Part shown: piece by piece, positions 18,558-28,675 of the stretch | Position numbering within the stretch: the first letter of the stretch is position 1 | Layout of the letters: each line of letters starts with the position of its first letter | Source: an uncultured Gemmatimonadota bacterium | Lineage (GTDB): Bacteria; Blakebacterota; Blakebacteria; Blakebacterales; CAYUVJ01 | Direction: 5' to 3' | Assembly: GCA_964519015.1 (NCBI GenBank) | Contig: CAZFHZ010000006.1 | Coordinates: 18 to 64,017, forward strand | DNA length: 64,000 nt | Notes under the pieces: generated by a model | What the model was told of the DNA's origin: nothing | Database searches by the model: none | The model's input: the letters and a program-made list of their open reading frames with translations, nothing else | Program-made: the position numbers and the translations under genes

Positions 18558-19297
18558 GTCGGCCGGGAGGCGAGGGCGATGCAGCGGGGGCTCTCCGGCC
18601 GCAGCGGCGCCCCGGTGTAATCCCCCCACCGCTCGATCCGCGACAGCCCGGCCTCCCGGAGCAGACGGAACAGCTCCTCGGGGGCATAGAGCCGGACCGA
18701 CTCCTGGAAGGTGGAGCGGTGCCCGTCCGCATGGTGGAGGGTGATCCGCTTCTCGATCCGGCGCTTCCGGTCGGTCAGCCGGCGCTCCTGGAGGATGGCC
18801 AGCCCGTCCCGCTGCTGCTCGTCGTGTTCCACCAGGGACGCGAGTACCCGGGAGCGGTTGAGGAAATCGAGGACGAGGACGCCCTCCGGCCGGAGTGCGG
18901 TGGCCATACCCGCCAGGGTCATGGCATCCTCCCGCTCGGTGGGGAAGTAGCCGAAGGAAGTGAAGAGGTTGAGCGCCAGGTCGGCCCAGCCCCGCGGCAA
19001 CACCGGCAGGCGGCGCATGTCCCCCCGCACGAAGAGGGTCCGGCCTCCGGAATCGACGGCCGCCGCCCGCTCGAGGAGACATCGGGAGAGATCGATACCC
19101 ACGACCTGGAAACCGCGCCCGGCCAGGGCGTGAGCATGGCGGCCGGCGCCGCAGGCCACGTCCAGCACCCGGCCGCCGGCCGGCAGCTCGAGTCGGTCGA
19201 GGAGGGTGGTCACGAACACCTCCGCCTCCTGGGGATCGCGATAGTCATAGAGGTCGAGGTAGTGCTCCTCGAACCACTCCCGGTACCACTCCTCCAC
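18554..19297 (-). CDS. Class I SAM-dependent methyltransferase
   Basis: Motif I VLDVACGAGRH, 247 aa; 4-bp overlap with bshC start. Confidence 0.8.
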   Translation of the reverse strand: MEEWYREWFEEHYLDLYDYRDPQEAEVFVTTLLDRLELPAGGRVLDVACGAGRHAHALAGRGFQVVGIDLSRCLLERAAAVDSGGRTLFVRGDMRRLPVLPRGWADLALNLFTSFGYFPTEREDAMTLAGMATALRPEGVLVLDFLNRSRVLASLVEHDEQQRDGLAILQERRLTDRKRRIEKRITLHHADGHRSTFQESVRLYAPEELFRLLREAGLSRIERWGDYTGAPLRPESPRCIALASRPT

Positions 19298-19303
19298 CGG
19301 GAG

Positions 19304-20362
19304 TCAGCCTCTCGCCCAGGCGGTCGCCATCACATCGGCCGCCGCCCCGGCCACCCGGGTCGGGGTCAGGTCGAGCATACAGCGGAAGTGTCCCTCCGGG
19401 CAGCGCCGGCCGCCGTGCAGGCGGCAGGGCCGGCAGGCCAGGGCCAGACCGATCGAACGGCTGCCGTGGCCGAGCGGGGCGAACCCGAAACCGGGCAGGG
19501 TGGGACCGAAGAGGGCCAGCGTAGGACAGCCGACGGCGGCCGCGAGGTGGACCGGGGCCGAGTCGTTGGCCACCAGCAGATGGGCCTGGTTGAGCAGGGC
19601 CGCCGTACCCGGCCAGCCGAGCGCGCCGGCCGCCGTCATCGAGCCGGGTACGGCCTCGGCCAGGGCCCGGCAGAGGGGAGCGTCCTCCTCCCCTCCGATC
19701 CAGACCACCCGCAGGTCCCGCCGGCTCAGTTCCAGCGCCAGCACCGCCCAATATCCGACCGGCCAGCGTTTGGTCGGCCAGACCGAGCCCGGAGCCAGGA
19801 CCACAAAAGGGGGGGGATCCTCGGGGTCACCCCATTCGATCAGGACCGCTTCGGCCTCCCGCTGCCCGGCGCGGCCGGGCACCAGCAGCGGCGGTTGCCG
19901 CGGTGGTACCCCCCTCCCCCACCACTGGGCCAGCGCGATCAGCAGGTCGTGGTTGCGTTCCAGTTCGTGCACCCCCCGCCGGTAGGGTACCCGTCGGGTG
20001 AGGAGACTGGCCCCGGCGCCCAGATCGAACCCGATGGCGGGTCGCAGGCGGGTGCGGCGGACCAGCCAGGCCGAACGGAGGGAACGGTGCGGCACCAGGG
20101 CGGCCGACCAGGGACCTGCCCGCAGCCGGGCGGCCAGGGCCTCCAGGCCGGCCGTGCCCCGGCCCCTCGACCGCTTGTCGTAGACGATCACCTCAAGGGT
20201 TGGATCCATCATCCGGGCGATCGGTTCGGTGTCGGGACGCACGAGGATCCCCACCGGGAGGTCCGGCCACGCTTCCCGGAGGGTCCGCACCAGTCCGGCG
20301 GCCAGGATGGTGTCCCCCGGGAAGGCGGTCTGGACGACCAGCACACCTCCGATCGGACTCAT
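19304..20362 (-). CDS. Glycosyltransferase family 9 (ADP-heptose:LPS heptosyltransferase-like)
   Basis: GT9 architecture; motifs FVVLAPGSVWPTKRWP, NDSAPVHLAAAVGCPTLALFGPT. Confidence 0.8.
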   Translation of the reverse strand: MSPIGGVLVVQTAFPGDTILAAGLVRTLREAWPDLPVGILVRPDTEPIARMMDPTLEVIVYDKRSRGRGTAGLEALAARLRAGPWSAALVPHRSLRSAWLVRRTRLRPAIGFDLGAGASLLTRRVPYRRGVHELERNHDLLIALAQWWGRGVPPRQPPLLVPGRAGQREAEAVLIEWGDPEDPPPFVVLAPGSVWPTKRWPVGYWAVLALELSRRDLRVVWIGGEEDAPLCRALAEAVPGSMTAAGALGWPGTAALLNQAHLLVANDSAPVHLAAAVGCPTLALFGPTLPGFGFAPLGHGSRSIGLALACRPCRLHGGRRCPEGHFRCMLDLTPTRVAGAAADVMATAWARG

Positions 20363-21291
20363 ACGGCTTCTCCGGGGGGGCGGCTCTTCCAGCGGCGATG
20401 GAGCCAGAGGTATTGTCCCGGATCGGTCCGGATCATCCGTTCGAGCCAGGCCACGTAGGCGGCGGTGAGCCGGGCCACCCTCCTCCCCTCGTCCGCCTCC
20501 GGATCCAGCCCGGCCAAGGCGTCTTCATCGAGCCGCCGGTAGGAGGCGCGGTAACGGTCCCCCTCGCGGTGGATCCAGCCCCCGACCAGCGGGGCGCCGG
20601 TACGCACCGAGAGCAGAGCGGGACCCTGGTAGGTGGCGGCCGGCCGGCCGAAGAAGGGGATGAAGAGGGGGTCGTGCAAACCGGCGTCCTGGTCGGCCAG
20701 GATCATGGCCGCTCCCCCCTGGTGCAGGATGCGCAGCATGCTCCGCAGGGCGCCCTCCCGCTCGACCGCGTTGAAGCCCAACCGGTGCCGCACCCGTTCG
20801 AGCGCCGCGTTGAAGAGCGGGTTGCGCTGCTGTTGCACGATGACGGCACTGGGATAGCCGAAGGCCGCCGTACGGGCGGCGATCAGCTCCCAGTTCCCGT
20901 AATGCCCGCTCACGAAGACGACCCCTTGCCCGGCCGCCATCAGGTCGCGGTAAAGCTGCTCGCTCCCGGCGTCCAGATCGACCCGCTCGATGAGCCGGTC
21001 GGGCTCGAGGCGGAGGGCCCGCAACGACTCCATCCCCACCAAGGCCAGGTTGCGGTAGGCGGCCCGACCCACCCGCCGTCGCTGCCGCTCCGACCACTCG
21101 GGAAAGGCATGGCGCAGGTTGTCGAGGGTGACCCGGCGGCGGATGCGCAACCCGTCGAAGGCGAGCGCGGCCAGCAGGCCGGCCAGGATGCCGGCCAGTG
21201 GGCGGGGGAGCCGGCCGACCACGGCTCCGACCGCGCGCAGCAGAAGGTATTCGATCCGGTGCTGGAGACTCGGGCGCGGCCGTGGTTCCAT
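20359..21291 (-). CDS. Lipid A biosynthesis (Kdo2-lipid IVA) acyltransferase, LpxL/HtrB family
   Basis: PF03279-type; catalytic HX4(D/E) motif in VSGHYGNWE; 310 aa; 4-bp overlap with the GT9 gene. Confidence 0.8.
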   Translation of the reverse strand: MEPRPRPSLQHRIEYLLLRAVGAVVGRLPRPLAGILAGLLAALAFDGLRIRRRVTLDNLRHAFPEWSERQRRRVGRAAYRNLALVGMESLRALRLEPDRLIERVDLDAGSEQLYRDLMAAGQGVVFVSGHYGNWELIAARTAAFGYPSAVIVQQQRNPLFNAALERVRHRLGFNAVEREGALRSMLRILHQGGAAMILADQDAGLHDPLFIPFFGRPAATYQGPALLSVRTGAPLVGGWIHREGDRYRASYRRLDEDALAGLDPEADEGRRVARLTAAYVAWLERMIRTDPGQYLWLHRRWKSRPPGEAV

Positions 21292-21317
21292 AAGGGCGAG
21301 CCTACAGGTTGGGGCGT

Positions 21318-22472
21318 TCAGCCCGCAATGATCCCGCCGCCCAGGATGAGTTCCCCCTGGTAGACGACGGCCGACTGGCCGGGGGTGACAGCCCGTTGCG
21401 GCCGGTCGAAGTGGACGCTGAAGGTGTCGCGGCCGGTCGGCTGGACCGTGGCGGGACAGGCGGGACCGGAGTAGCGGATACGGACCTCGGCCTCGAACGC
21501 TTCGACGGGCACTTCGATCGAGACCCAGTTGGCCTGCCCGGCGGTCAGGGTGTGGGTGAGCAGGCCTTTACCCTCCCCGACCCGGACGATCCCCTCCTCC
21601 GGATCGAGTCCCTCCACGAATAGGGGGATCCCGGCCGCCACTCCCAGGCCGCGCCGCTGGCCGATCGTGTAGCGGGCGGTCCCGGCGTGACGGCCCAGTA
21701 CCCGTCCCGAGCCGTCCACGATCGCCCCGGGCCGGAGCGAGCGGGCCAGTTCGGGGACCGCTCCCTCCCGGGCCGCGCGCCGGGCCAGGAAGTCGCGGTA
21801 GTCGCCGGGCACGAAGCAGATCTCCTGTGAATCGGGGACGGCGGCGGCGGCCAGGCCCCGGGCGGCGGCCTGCTCACGGACCCCTCGCTTGGTCCATTCC
21901 CCGATCGGGAGCAGGGTGTGGGCCAGGGCCGGGCGCGGCACCCCCCAGAGGGCGTAGGCCTGGTCCTGGTCGGGATCACGCGCCCGCAACAGCAGCGGAG
22001 TACCCTGCTCGTCCCGTCCGATGCGGGCGTAGTGACCGGTGGCGAAGAAGTCGGCCCCCAGCCGGCGGGCGTGGTCGTAGAGCAGGCCCCACTTCAGGAA
22101 GGTGTTGCAGCGCACGCACGGGTTGGGGGTGCGGCCGCGGGCGTATTCCCGCTCGAAGTCGGCGATGACGGAGGCGGCGAAGGCCGCCCGGGCGTCCACC
22201 ACCTGGTGCTCTCCCCCCGCCCGCAACACCGCCTGGCGGGCCCGCTCGACCCCTTCCAGATGGCAGCAGCGCCGGTCGCGCCCCCGCGCGGCGTTCACCC
22301 CGTCCCCCTTGTCGTGCAACCGGAGGGTGAACCCGATCACCCGGTAGCCCTGTTCGGCTAATAGGAGCGCGGTCAGGCTGGAGTCCACCCCCCCGCTCAT
22401 GGCCACCGCGACGGTGCCCCGGACCTGATGCGATGCGCTCGGAGTCGGCATGACGGAAGGGAAGATACTCAC
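21318..22472 (-). CDS. mnmA: tRNA 2-thiouridine(34) synthase MnmA
   Basis: PP-loop VAMSGGVDSS, conserved Cys residues, typical length of 384 aa. Confidence 0.9.
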   Translation of the reverse strand: MSIFPSVMPTPSASHQVRGTVAVAMSGGVDSSLTALLLAEQGYRVIGFTLRLHDKGDGVNAARGRDRRCCHLEGVERARQAVLRAGGEHQVVDARAAFAASVIADFEREYARGRTPNPCVRCNTFLKWGLLYDHARRLGADFFATGHYARIGRDEQGTPLLLRARDPDQDQAYALWGVPRPALAHTLLPIGEWTKRGVREQAAARGLAAAAVPDSQEICFVPGDYRDFLARRAAREGAVPELARSLRPGAIVDGSGRVLGRHAGTARYTIGQRRGLGVAAGIPLFVEGLDPEEGIVRVGEGKGLLTHTLTAGQANWVSIEVPVEAFEAEVRIRYSGPACPATVQPTGRDTFSVHFDRPQRAVTPGQSAVVYQGELILGGGIIAG

Positions 22473-24289
22473 TCGGACCCGGGGGCGCCTCCCAGCAGGC
22501 TCCGGGCGATGATGCGCCAGCCCGCATCGAAGGCACGTAGGAGGCAGTCGAGCCGCTGCGGCCGCCCCCGCACCCGGATCCGGACGGTCAGTTCCACATC
22601 CCCCGGCTCGGCCCGGGGGAGGATGCCCTTCTCATTCCAGGCGGACACCTCATCCGGACTGAAGCGCAGGCTGCGCTCGATCGCCACCTCCTCCAGGGGG
22701 AAGGGGAGGGGGAGCCCCGGATCCTCGCCGGCCGGCCAGAGGCAGGCGGCCGCCCCCTTGCCGTCCCCCGCCTTGAGCCGCTCGAGCCAGGTCGTGACCG
22801 TCCGCTCGGGGGAGGAGAAGAGCGTGTCGGCAGGATCGGTATGCCCGCCGGCCAGGGGACTGGCCAGAGGGGTGCCGAAACGGGTGGTGATCCAGTCGCG
22901 GATCGTCTCCAGCACGACCGGTGCCAGGGTGGTCTCGATCGAACCGTACTCGGCGGGCAGACCGGTGCGGGCGGGCTGGAAAAGGTGGTTGAGACCGGGG
23001 AAACGCCGGACCGTCACATCACGGTCCCCCCCTTCCCGGAGCGTCCGTTCGATCTCCTCCAGATTCCGGTCGGGGGGTACCTGCAGGTCGAGTTCACCGT
23101 TCAGCACCAGAACCGGTACCCGCACCCGGCTCAGGGCGATGCGCGGGTCGTACTCCAGGAAATAGCGCATCCAGCGGGTCTGCAGCTGGGCCAGACCGGT
23201 GGCGACCGCCTGGCCGACCGCCGTTTCCTTATCGGGACTCTCCGGCATGGCGGCGAGCTGAACGAGCACCAGGGCGCGGAGCAGTTCCCGCTGCCGGGCC
23301 GCCGGCCGGCCGGCCACCACGGCTTCGAGCAACCGGCGCTGCGCCTGCGTTTGACGCGCGATGAACAGGGAATCGCCGCCGGCCGCCCGGGTGAGCGCCT
23401 CGGTCTGGGCCACCAGGATCTCGGCCCCCGGCACCCCCGGCCCGGCCATCAATACCAGGAAGGCCACCCGGTCGGACTGCAGGGCGGCGATCGGGCCCAC
23501 CATGCCCCCCTCGCTGTGACCGATCAGCCCGATCGCGGTCGAATCGATCTCCGGGCGACCCGCCAGCAGGCGCACCCAGGCCAGGGCATCCTCGGCCAGG
23601 TCGGCACTGGTCACCTCGGCCAGCCGGCCTCCCGAGCCGCCCACTCCCCGGTCGTCCCAGCGCAGCACCGCGATCCGGGCCCGGGTCAGATAGTCGGCCA
23701 GCAGCAGGAAGGGCTTGTGCCCGAAGATGGTCTCGTCCCGGTCCTGGGCCCCGCTGCCGCTGATGAGCACAGCGGCCGGGAAGGGCCCGGATCCCTCGGG
23801 CAGGGTGAGGCTGCCGGCCAGGGTGATCCCGGCCCGCTCGAGGGTCACTTCCTCGACCCGGTAGGGAAAGGGGGGCCGGGGCTCCTGGGGCCGGGGGAGA
23901 GGGGCCGCGGTCTCCCGTCCCAGGTGGAAGGGGAACTCCTGCCCCGACTGGCGGAAGAGCCCCGAGATACGCCCCTGCCGGAGCGCCCCCTCGAAGGTCG
24001 GGTTGCCCGGCACCCCGGCGATGCGGAAGCTCACCGCGACGCCGTCCACCCGCACCTCCGCCAGGGGCAATCCCTTCGCATCCTGCATGGGGATATCGAT
24101 CGTGCCGTGCCAGCCCTCCTCGCCCATCGCCAGGTCGACCATGATGCCGAGCGGCTCGCCCGGCAGTTCGATCGCCCCTTCCCAGTGGCCGGCGAAGTCG
24201 GCCGGCTGCTGGGCCGGTGCCTCCAGCGGGATCAACAGCATCAGCAGCATCAGCAGCAGGGTCGTCCCGCAACGCACGCCCCGGTCCAT
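22469..24289 (-). CDS. Exported alpha/beta-hydrolase with C-terminal extra domain
   Basis: Signal peptide MDRGVRCGTTLLLMLLMLLIPLEAPAQQ (start set at this Met); nucleophile elbow GHSEGG; 4-bp overlap with mnmA. Confidence 0.7.
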   Translation of the reverse strand: MDRGVRCGTTLLLMLLMLLIPLEAPAQQPADFAGHWEGAIELPGEPLGIMVDLAMGEEGWHGTIDIPMQDAKGLPLAEVRVDGVAVSFRIAGVPGNPTFEGALRQGRISGLFRQSGQEFPFHLGRETAAPLPRPQEPRPPFPYRVEEVTLERAGITLAGSLTLPEGSGPFPAAVLISGSGAQDRDETIFGHKPFLLLADYLTRARIAVLRWDDRGVGGSGGRLAEVTSADLAEDALAWVRLLAGRPEIDSTAIGLIGHSEGGMVGPIAALQSDRVAFLVLMAGPGVPGAEILVAQTEALTRAAGGDSLFIARQTQAQRRLLEAVVAGRPAARQRELLRALVLVQLAAMPESPDKETAVGQAVATGLAQLQTRWMRYFLEYDPRIALSRVRVPVLVLNGELDLQVPPDRNLEEIERTLREGGDRDVTVRRFPGLNHLFQPARTGLPAEYGSIETTLAPVVLETIRDWITTRFGTPLASPLAGGHTDPADTLFSSPERTVTTWLERLKAGDGKGAAACLWPAGEDPGLPLPFPLEEVAIERSLRFSPDEVSAWNEKGILPRAEPGDVELTVRIRVRGRPQRLDCLLRAFDAGWRIIARSLLGGAPGSE

Positions 24290-24353
24290 CACGCCTCCTC
24301 GATTCGTTTCCCCGTTCAACTCCCCCTCCCGGGATAGTAGGCTATCGTCCGTC

Positions 24354-25034
24354 GTGCGCACAGGCGAACCCGCACCCTCGACCGGCGGCCTCCGGCTGCC
24401 GGCCACCGATCTCGCGCTCTTCGCCGCCACCCTGCTGCTGGCGGCGCTCCAGCGCTGGTCGGTCACCGACCTGGTCTGGGGTCTCTGGGTCTCCAGCCTG
24501 CTGGTCGGCTACACCCTGATCGTCACCTACGCCCTGGCGCTCCCCTTCCAGGTCGAAGGGGACCACCGGCTCCCCCGCGCCCTGCTGGCGATCTTCAACT
24601 CCCTCTTCCTGCTCGCCTTCTTCACCCTCCACTTCGGCGGGTTCCATTTCGTCCACAGCATCTTCCTGAACGCCTTCTTCCCCCTGACCGGGGCGGACGT
24701 ATTCGGGACCAGCCCTCCGGAGACCGCCGGCTGGTGGCTCTCATTGATCGGAGAGGCTCTGCGGCGTTACTGGCCCTTCGTGCTCTTCAGCGCCCTCTCG
24801 GCCCGCGAGGCCTTCCGGCGGGCGGGGAGTGGTTCGGACGACACCCCCTTGATGGCTCCGTACAAGAACGTGGTCCGGATGCATCTGATGATCTTCGTCT
24901 TCGCCTTCCTCTCGATCACCGGGTTGGAGGGCTGGGGACTCTGGATCCTGCTCTGCTTCTACTTCTTCCCCCTCGGAGCGCTGCTGCGCACCCTGCGCGG
25001 CCGCCCGGGGAGAACGACCGAGGTGCCCTCATGA
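24354..25034 (+). CDS. Hypothetical polytopic membrane protein
   Basis: Five or more hydrophobic helices (LALFAATLLLAAL, WVSSLLVGYTLIVTYALALPF, FNSLFLLAFFTLHFGGFHFV ...); GTG start chosen downstream of the divergent hydrolase start; start uncertain. Confidence 0.45.
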   Translation: MRTGEPAPSTGGLRLPATDLALFAATLLLAALQRWSVTDLVWGLWVSSLLVGYTLIVTYALALPFQVEGDHRLPRALLAIFNSLFLLAFFTLHFGGFHFVHSIFLNAFFPLTGADVFGTSPPETAGWWLSLIGEALRRYWPFVLFSALSAREAFRRAGSGSDDTPLMAPYKNVVRMHLMIFVFAFLSITGLEGWGLWILLCFYFFPLGALLRTLRGRPGRTTEVPS

Positions 25035-26182
25035 CGCTCTCTCTTTCCTTTCGTCGTCGGTCGGCCGTGCGGCTGGCGGCCGCTCTGCTCACCCTGGCCC
25101 CGGCGATCCTTACCCCCGTCCACGCCCAGACCGGGGCCGTGCTCGACTCGGTACGCGCCTTCGTCCAGGCCGAGGTGGCCCGTCAGGGCCTGCCCGGGCT
25201 CTCCATCGCCGTGGTCGTGGACGACCAGCTGGTCTGGTCGCAGGGGTTCGGTTTCGCCGATCTGGAGTCGGGGGACCGGGCCACCGGTTCGACCTTCTAC
25301 CGCATCGGCAGCGTCTCCAAGCCGGTGGTGGGGACCGCCCTGATGCAGCTGGTGGAACAGGGACGGGTCGACCTGGATGCGGACATCCGGACCTACATCC
25401 CGCAGTGGCCGGCCAAGCCGTGGCCGATCACCGTGCGCCACCTGGTCACCCACACCTCGGGCATCCGGCACTACCGGGGGGATGAGTTCAACAGCATGGT
25501 CCGTTACGACGACCTGGTCGCCCCGCTCGACATCTTCAAGGACGACCCGCTCCTCTTCGAGCCCGGCACCCGCTTCTCCTACAGCACCTACGGCTTCAAC
25601 CTGGTAGCCAACATCGTCGAGAACGTCAGCGGACTGCCGATCGAGGTCTACATGCACCGGTACGTGTTCGAGCCGGCCTGGATGAACGACACCGGTATGG
25701 AGGACAAGGTGGAGATCCAGGCCGGGCGGGCGGCCTACTACGACCGGGACCGGGAGGGCCGGCTGGTCAACTCCCCCTATGCCGACCTGTCCAACAAGTA
25801 CGCGGGCGGGGGGATCACCTCGACCGTGGAGGACCTCTGCCGCCTCCATATCGCCTATGCCCGCGGCCGGATGATGAAGCCGGAGACCGAGGCGCTGATG
25901 TACACCAACCAGCTGCTCAAGGACGGGAGCCTGGGTGGTTACGGTCTGTGCTGGCGGGTTGAGCAGGCCCGGTTCCCCGACGGCGGGAGTGCCCGGCTGG
26001 TCAGCCACTCCGGGGGGAGCATGGGGCATACCACCCTCTTCCACCGCTTCCCCGACCAGGGTTTCGCGGTGGCCATCATCTCCAACGTGCAGGGGGGGGT
26101 CAACCTGGGCCGCATCATGACCGGGGTGACCGCTCTCTTCCGGCAGGCCGGCGCTTTCGAGCACGCCCGGAGGCGGCCGTGA
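25031..26182 (+). CDS. Serine hydrolase, beta-lactamase / class-C-PBP family, exported
   Basis: ATGA overlap with upstream gene; signal peptide; SxxK active site in GSVSKPVVG; YxN-like and HTSG motifs. Confidence 0.8.
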   Translation: MTLSLSFRRRSAVRLAAALLTLAPAILTPVHAQTGAVLDSVRAFVQAEVARQGLPGLSIAVVVDDQLVWSQGFGFADLESGDRATGSTFYRIGSVSKPVVGTALMQLVEQGRVDLDADIRTYIPQWPAKPWPITVRHLVTHTSGIRHYRGDEFNSMVRYDDLVAPLDIFKDDPLLFEPGTRFSYSTYGFNLVANIVENVSGLPIEVYMHRYVFEPAWMNDTGMEDKVEIQAGRAAYYDRDREGRLVNSPYADLSNKYAGGGITSTVEDLCRLHIAYARGRMMKPETEALMYTNQLLKDGSLGGYGLCWRVEQARFPDGGSARLVSHSGGSMGHTTLFHRFPDQGFAVAIISNVQGGVNLGRIMTGVTALFRQAGAFEHARRRP

Positions 26183-26673
26183 GGGCCGCCCTGCGGCTGG
26201 CGCTCTTGGGGGTAGTGGCGACCGCCGGCTGTGGGCGCGCCCCGGCGGTGGACACCACGGCCGCCGAGGAAACGGTCGTGACCGAGGTGTCCGGGTTGAT
26301 CGAGGCCCAGGTGGCCGCCTGGAACCAGGGGGACCTGGAGGGGTTCACCTCCCTCTACGACGAGGCCTGCACCTTCCTGGCCCCGACCGGCCTGACCCGC
26401 GGCCGGACGGGCGTGCTCGAGCGCTACCGGACGCGTTATCCCGATCGGGCCGCGATGGGAGAGCTGGCCATCGAGCTGGTCGAGCTGCGTCCGGCGACTT
26501 TGACCGTGGAATGCCTGCTGGGAGTGGTCCGAGCCGAGCATATCGCCGGAGTGACGGTGGCCGGCCGCTGGAGCCTGACCTGGCCCGACCGGCCGGCCGC
26601 CTCCGGACTCACCCTGATCGTCTTCCGGCGCACCCCCCAGGGGTGGCGGATCGTCCAGGATGCCTCGATGTGA
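26179..26673 (+). CDS. Lipoprotein with SnoaL-like / DUF4440 (NTF2-fold) domain
   Basis: Lipobox VATAGCG; AQVAAWNQGDLEGFTSLYDE pattern typical of DUF4440/SnoaL-like proteins; GTGA overlap with upstream gene. Confidence 0.6.
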   Translation: MRAALRLALLGVVATAGCGRAPAVDTTAAEETVVTEVSGLIEAQVAAWNQGDLEGFTSLYDEACTFLAPTGLTRGRTGVLERYRTRYPDRAAMGELAIELVELRPATLTVECLLGVVRAEHIAGVTVAGRWSLTWPDRPAASGLTLIVFRRTPQGWRIVQDASM

Positions 26674-26702
26674 GCTCTCCTTCTCAGAAAGAGAAGCTCA
26701 CC
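26668..26702. terminator. Candidate bidirectional hairpin between convergent genes
   Basis: TGAGCTCTCCTTCTC-agaaa-GAGAAGCTCA imperfect stem-loop spanning both stop codons; no clear U-tract. Confidence 0.3.
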
Positions 26703-27445
26703 CCCAGGAAGAAGTTGAGGAAGTCGGTGTGGGAGCGGTCGATGTCGAAGACGACCGTGCCGTTCTCCAGCCGGTCGATCGAGCCCTTCTTCAGGTAGTC
26801 GGCCTCCGAGCCGAGCAGGTAGCCCAGCCGCAGGTCGAGCATGACCTTACCGACCCCCTGGCCGTTCTGCCGGCGCCGTTCGGTGCCGTCCCAGAGCAGG
26901 ATGGCCACGCCCATCCGGCCGCCGTAGCTCAAAGCGAAATCGTCCAGGTTGGTCGAACTGGCGAGCGGTTCCTGGTCGTCGCTCCAGTTCAGGCTCCGGA
27001 TGCTCGTCTCGGTCCAGAAGTACTTGAAACCGAACAACCCGTCCAGGTAGGGGCGGACGTCTCCCTCCGGAGGTTGCAGGCGCATCATCAGGTGGCCGAG
27101 GAAGATGTTGTTGCTGGTGGTCACCCGCACGGTCACATCGGGAATGGTCAGGCTGAAGGGTTCGGTCCGGGCCTCGTGGCCGTAGATCATGAAACCCAGG
27201 TCGAGTCCCAGCACCAGGGGGGAGCCGGCCACCCGGACACCGACGTTCCCACTCAGCCCGAGGCCGAGGTTGGGGACGTGGTCCCGGAACTCTCCCTGCG
27301 GGAAACCGAGAATCAGTCCGGCCCCGCCGGTAAAGGAGGAGGGCGGCTGGGCGGCGGCGGGCCGGGCCGGAAGGGTCCCGAGGATCGACAGCAGGAGGGC
27401 CAGCGGGAGGATCGCGGTCCGGGATCGACAGGATGAGGCGGTCAT
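26684..27445 (-). CDS. Outer-membrane beta-barrel protein
   Basis: Signal peptide; alternating amphipathic strands; C-terminal ...GVSFSF ending in Phe (OMP signature). Confidence 0.65.
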   Translation of the reverse strand: MTASSCRSRTAILPLALLLSILGTLPARPAAAQPPSSFTGGAGLILGFPQGEFRDHVPNLGLGLSGNVGVRVAGSPLVLGLDLGFMIYGHEARTEPFSLTIPDVTVRVTTSNNIFLGHLMMRLQPPEGDVRPYLDGLFGFKYFWTETSIRSLNWSDDQEPLASSTNLDDFALSYGGRMGVAILLWDGTERRRQNGQGVGKVMLDLRLGYLLGSEADYLKKGSIDRLENGTVVFDIDRSHTDFLNFFLGVSFSF

Positions 27446-27551
27446 GGTCTCCACTCCCTCGCAGTCGGAGCGGCCGCACGCCCCCTCTCCGGCGATCGGC
27501 TGCGTGATTCTACTCTTAACATACGCAGGAAAGGGCGGTTTTGTCGCACGT

Positions 27552-28628
27552 TCAGTGCCGGACCGCGGCCAGCAGGAGCCGCCCGATCTCTTCGTTGGTG
27601 TGGATCCCGGCGAAGCGTTCCGACCCCGGGCCGATCGCGAAGAGGGGTACCAGGGCGGCGGTGTGACCGCCGGTCACATACCCCGCCACCGGGCGTCCAC
27701 CACGGCCCGCCACCACGGCCAGGCCGCCGGTTTCATGGTCGGCCGTGACCACCACCAGCAGGTCGGGGCGGCCTTGGCGGAAGGCCAGGGCCCGGGCCAC
27801 CGCCCGGTCGAAGTCGACCACCTCGGCGGCGACCGCTTCGAGCGGCTCGTGATCGTGGGCCCGCCAGTCGGGCTGGGAGCCTTCCACCATCAGGAAGAAA
27901 CCATCCGGGTCGTGATCGAGCACCGCCAGGGCGGCGGCGGTCATCTCCGGGAGGGTCGGCTCCCGGGTCGGAGCGGATTCCGGATGTTCGACCGCGAAGA
28001 GCCCGAGCAGCCGGTCGGTCCCGGCCAGGTCGAGCCCCCGCAGACCCGGGGCATCCGAGACGAAGCGGTGGGTCCGGCGCAGGGGGGCGAGCAGGTCGCG
28101 GCCGTCCCGGCGCCGGCTGCCCTCGAACCAGCGCAGCCCACCCCCGAGCAGCACCTCGATGCCCGCCCCGGCCATCTGGACGGCGATCTCGGCCTCCTCG
28201 TTCCGGTCGGTCACATGGGCGGCGAAGGCGGCCGGGGTGGCGTGGGTCAGGCTGCAGGTGACGACCAGGCCGGTGGCCAGGCCGCGCCTCTCGGCCACCT
28301 CCAGCACCGTCTCCAGCGACCGGCCCTGGTTGTCGATGGAGATCCGGCCGTTGCGGGTGCGATGCCCGGTGGCCAGGGCGCTCGCCGCGGCGGCCGAGTC
28401 GGTCACCAGGTCGGGGTCGGCGCGGGTGTCGACCAGTCCGACCACCGGCAGGCGCCCGACCGCCAGCGAATCGGCGACCAGGAGGGCGGCGGTCCAGTGG
28501 GCCGTGCCCACCCCATCGCCGATGAAGAAGACCACCCGGACGGGAGCGGGAGCGGCGGCTGCGCCGCAGCCGGTCAGCCCGAGCAGGATGAGGCCGGCCG
28601 GCAGGAGACGGGCTCGGAGGAATCTCAT
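27552..28628 (-). CDS. Alkaline phosphatase (PhoA family), lipoprotein/exported
   Basis: Start set at MRFLRARLL...LTGCG; alkaline phosphatase motifs DSAAAASALATGHRTRNG, TCSLTHATPAAF, metal-site His/Asp pattern. Confidence 0.85.
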   Translation of the reverse strand: MRFLRARLLPAGLILLGLTGCGAAAAPAPVRVVFFIGDGVGTAHWTAALLVADSLAVGRLPVVGLVDTRADPDLVTDSAAAASALATGHRTRNGRISIDNQGRSLETVLEVAERRGLATGLVVTCSLTHATPAAFAAHVTDRNEEAEIAVQMAGAGIEVLLGGGLRWFEGSRRRDGRDLLAPLRRTHRFVSDAPGLRGLDLAGTDRLLGLFAVEHPESAPTREPTLPEMTAAALAVLDHDPDGFFLMVEGSQPDWRAHDHEPLEAVAAEVVDFDRAVARALAFRQGRPDLLVVVTADHETGGLAVVAGRGGRPVAGYVTGGHTAALVPLFAIGPGSERFAGIHTNEEIGRLLLAAVRH

Positions 28629-28675
28629 GGCGGAGGCAGGATAATCCGCCGGGCGGGCGGAGGGAACGCCGTTGT

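Noticed and set aside
17783-20458. 891-aa plus-strand ORF, with similar long ORFs at 29824..32928 (1034 aa), 74..1027, 10179..12119 and 36050..37513
   Set aside because: Translations are Arg/Pro/Gly/Ala-rich low-complexity sequence lacking any domain signature, and they lie antisense to well-supported genes. These are typical stop-free antisense frames in ~70% GC DNA.
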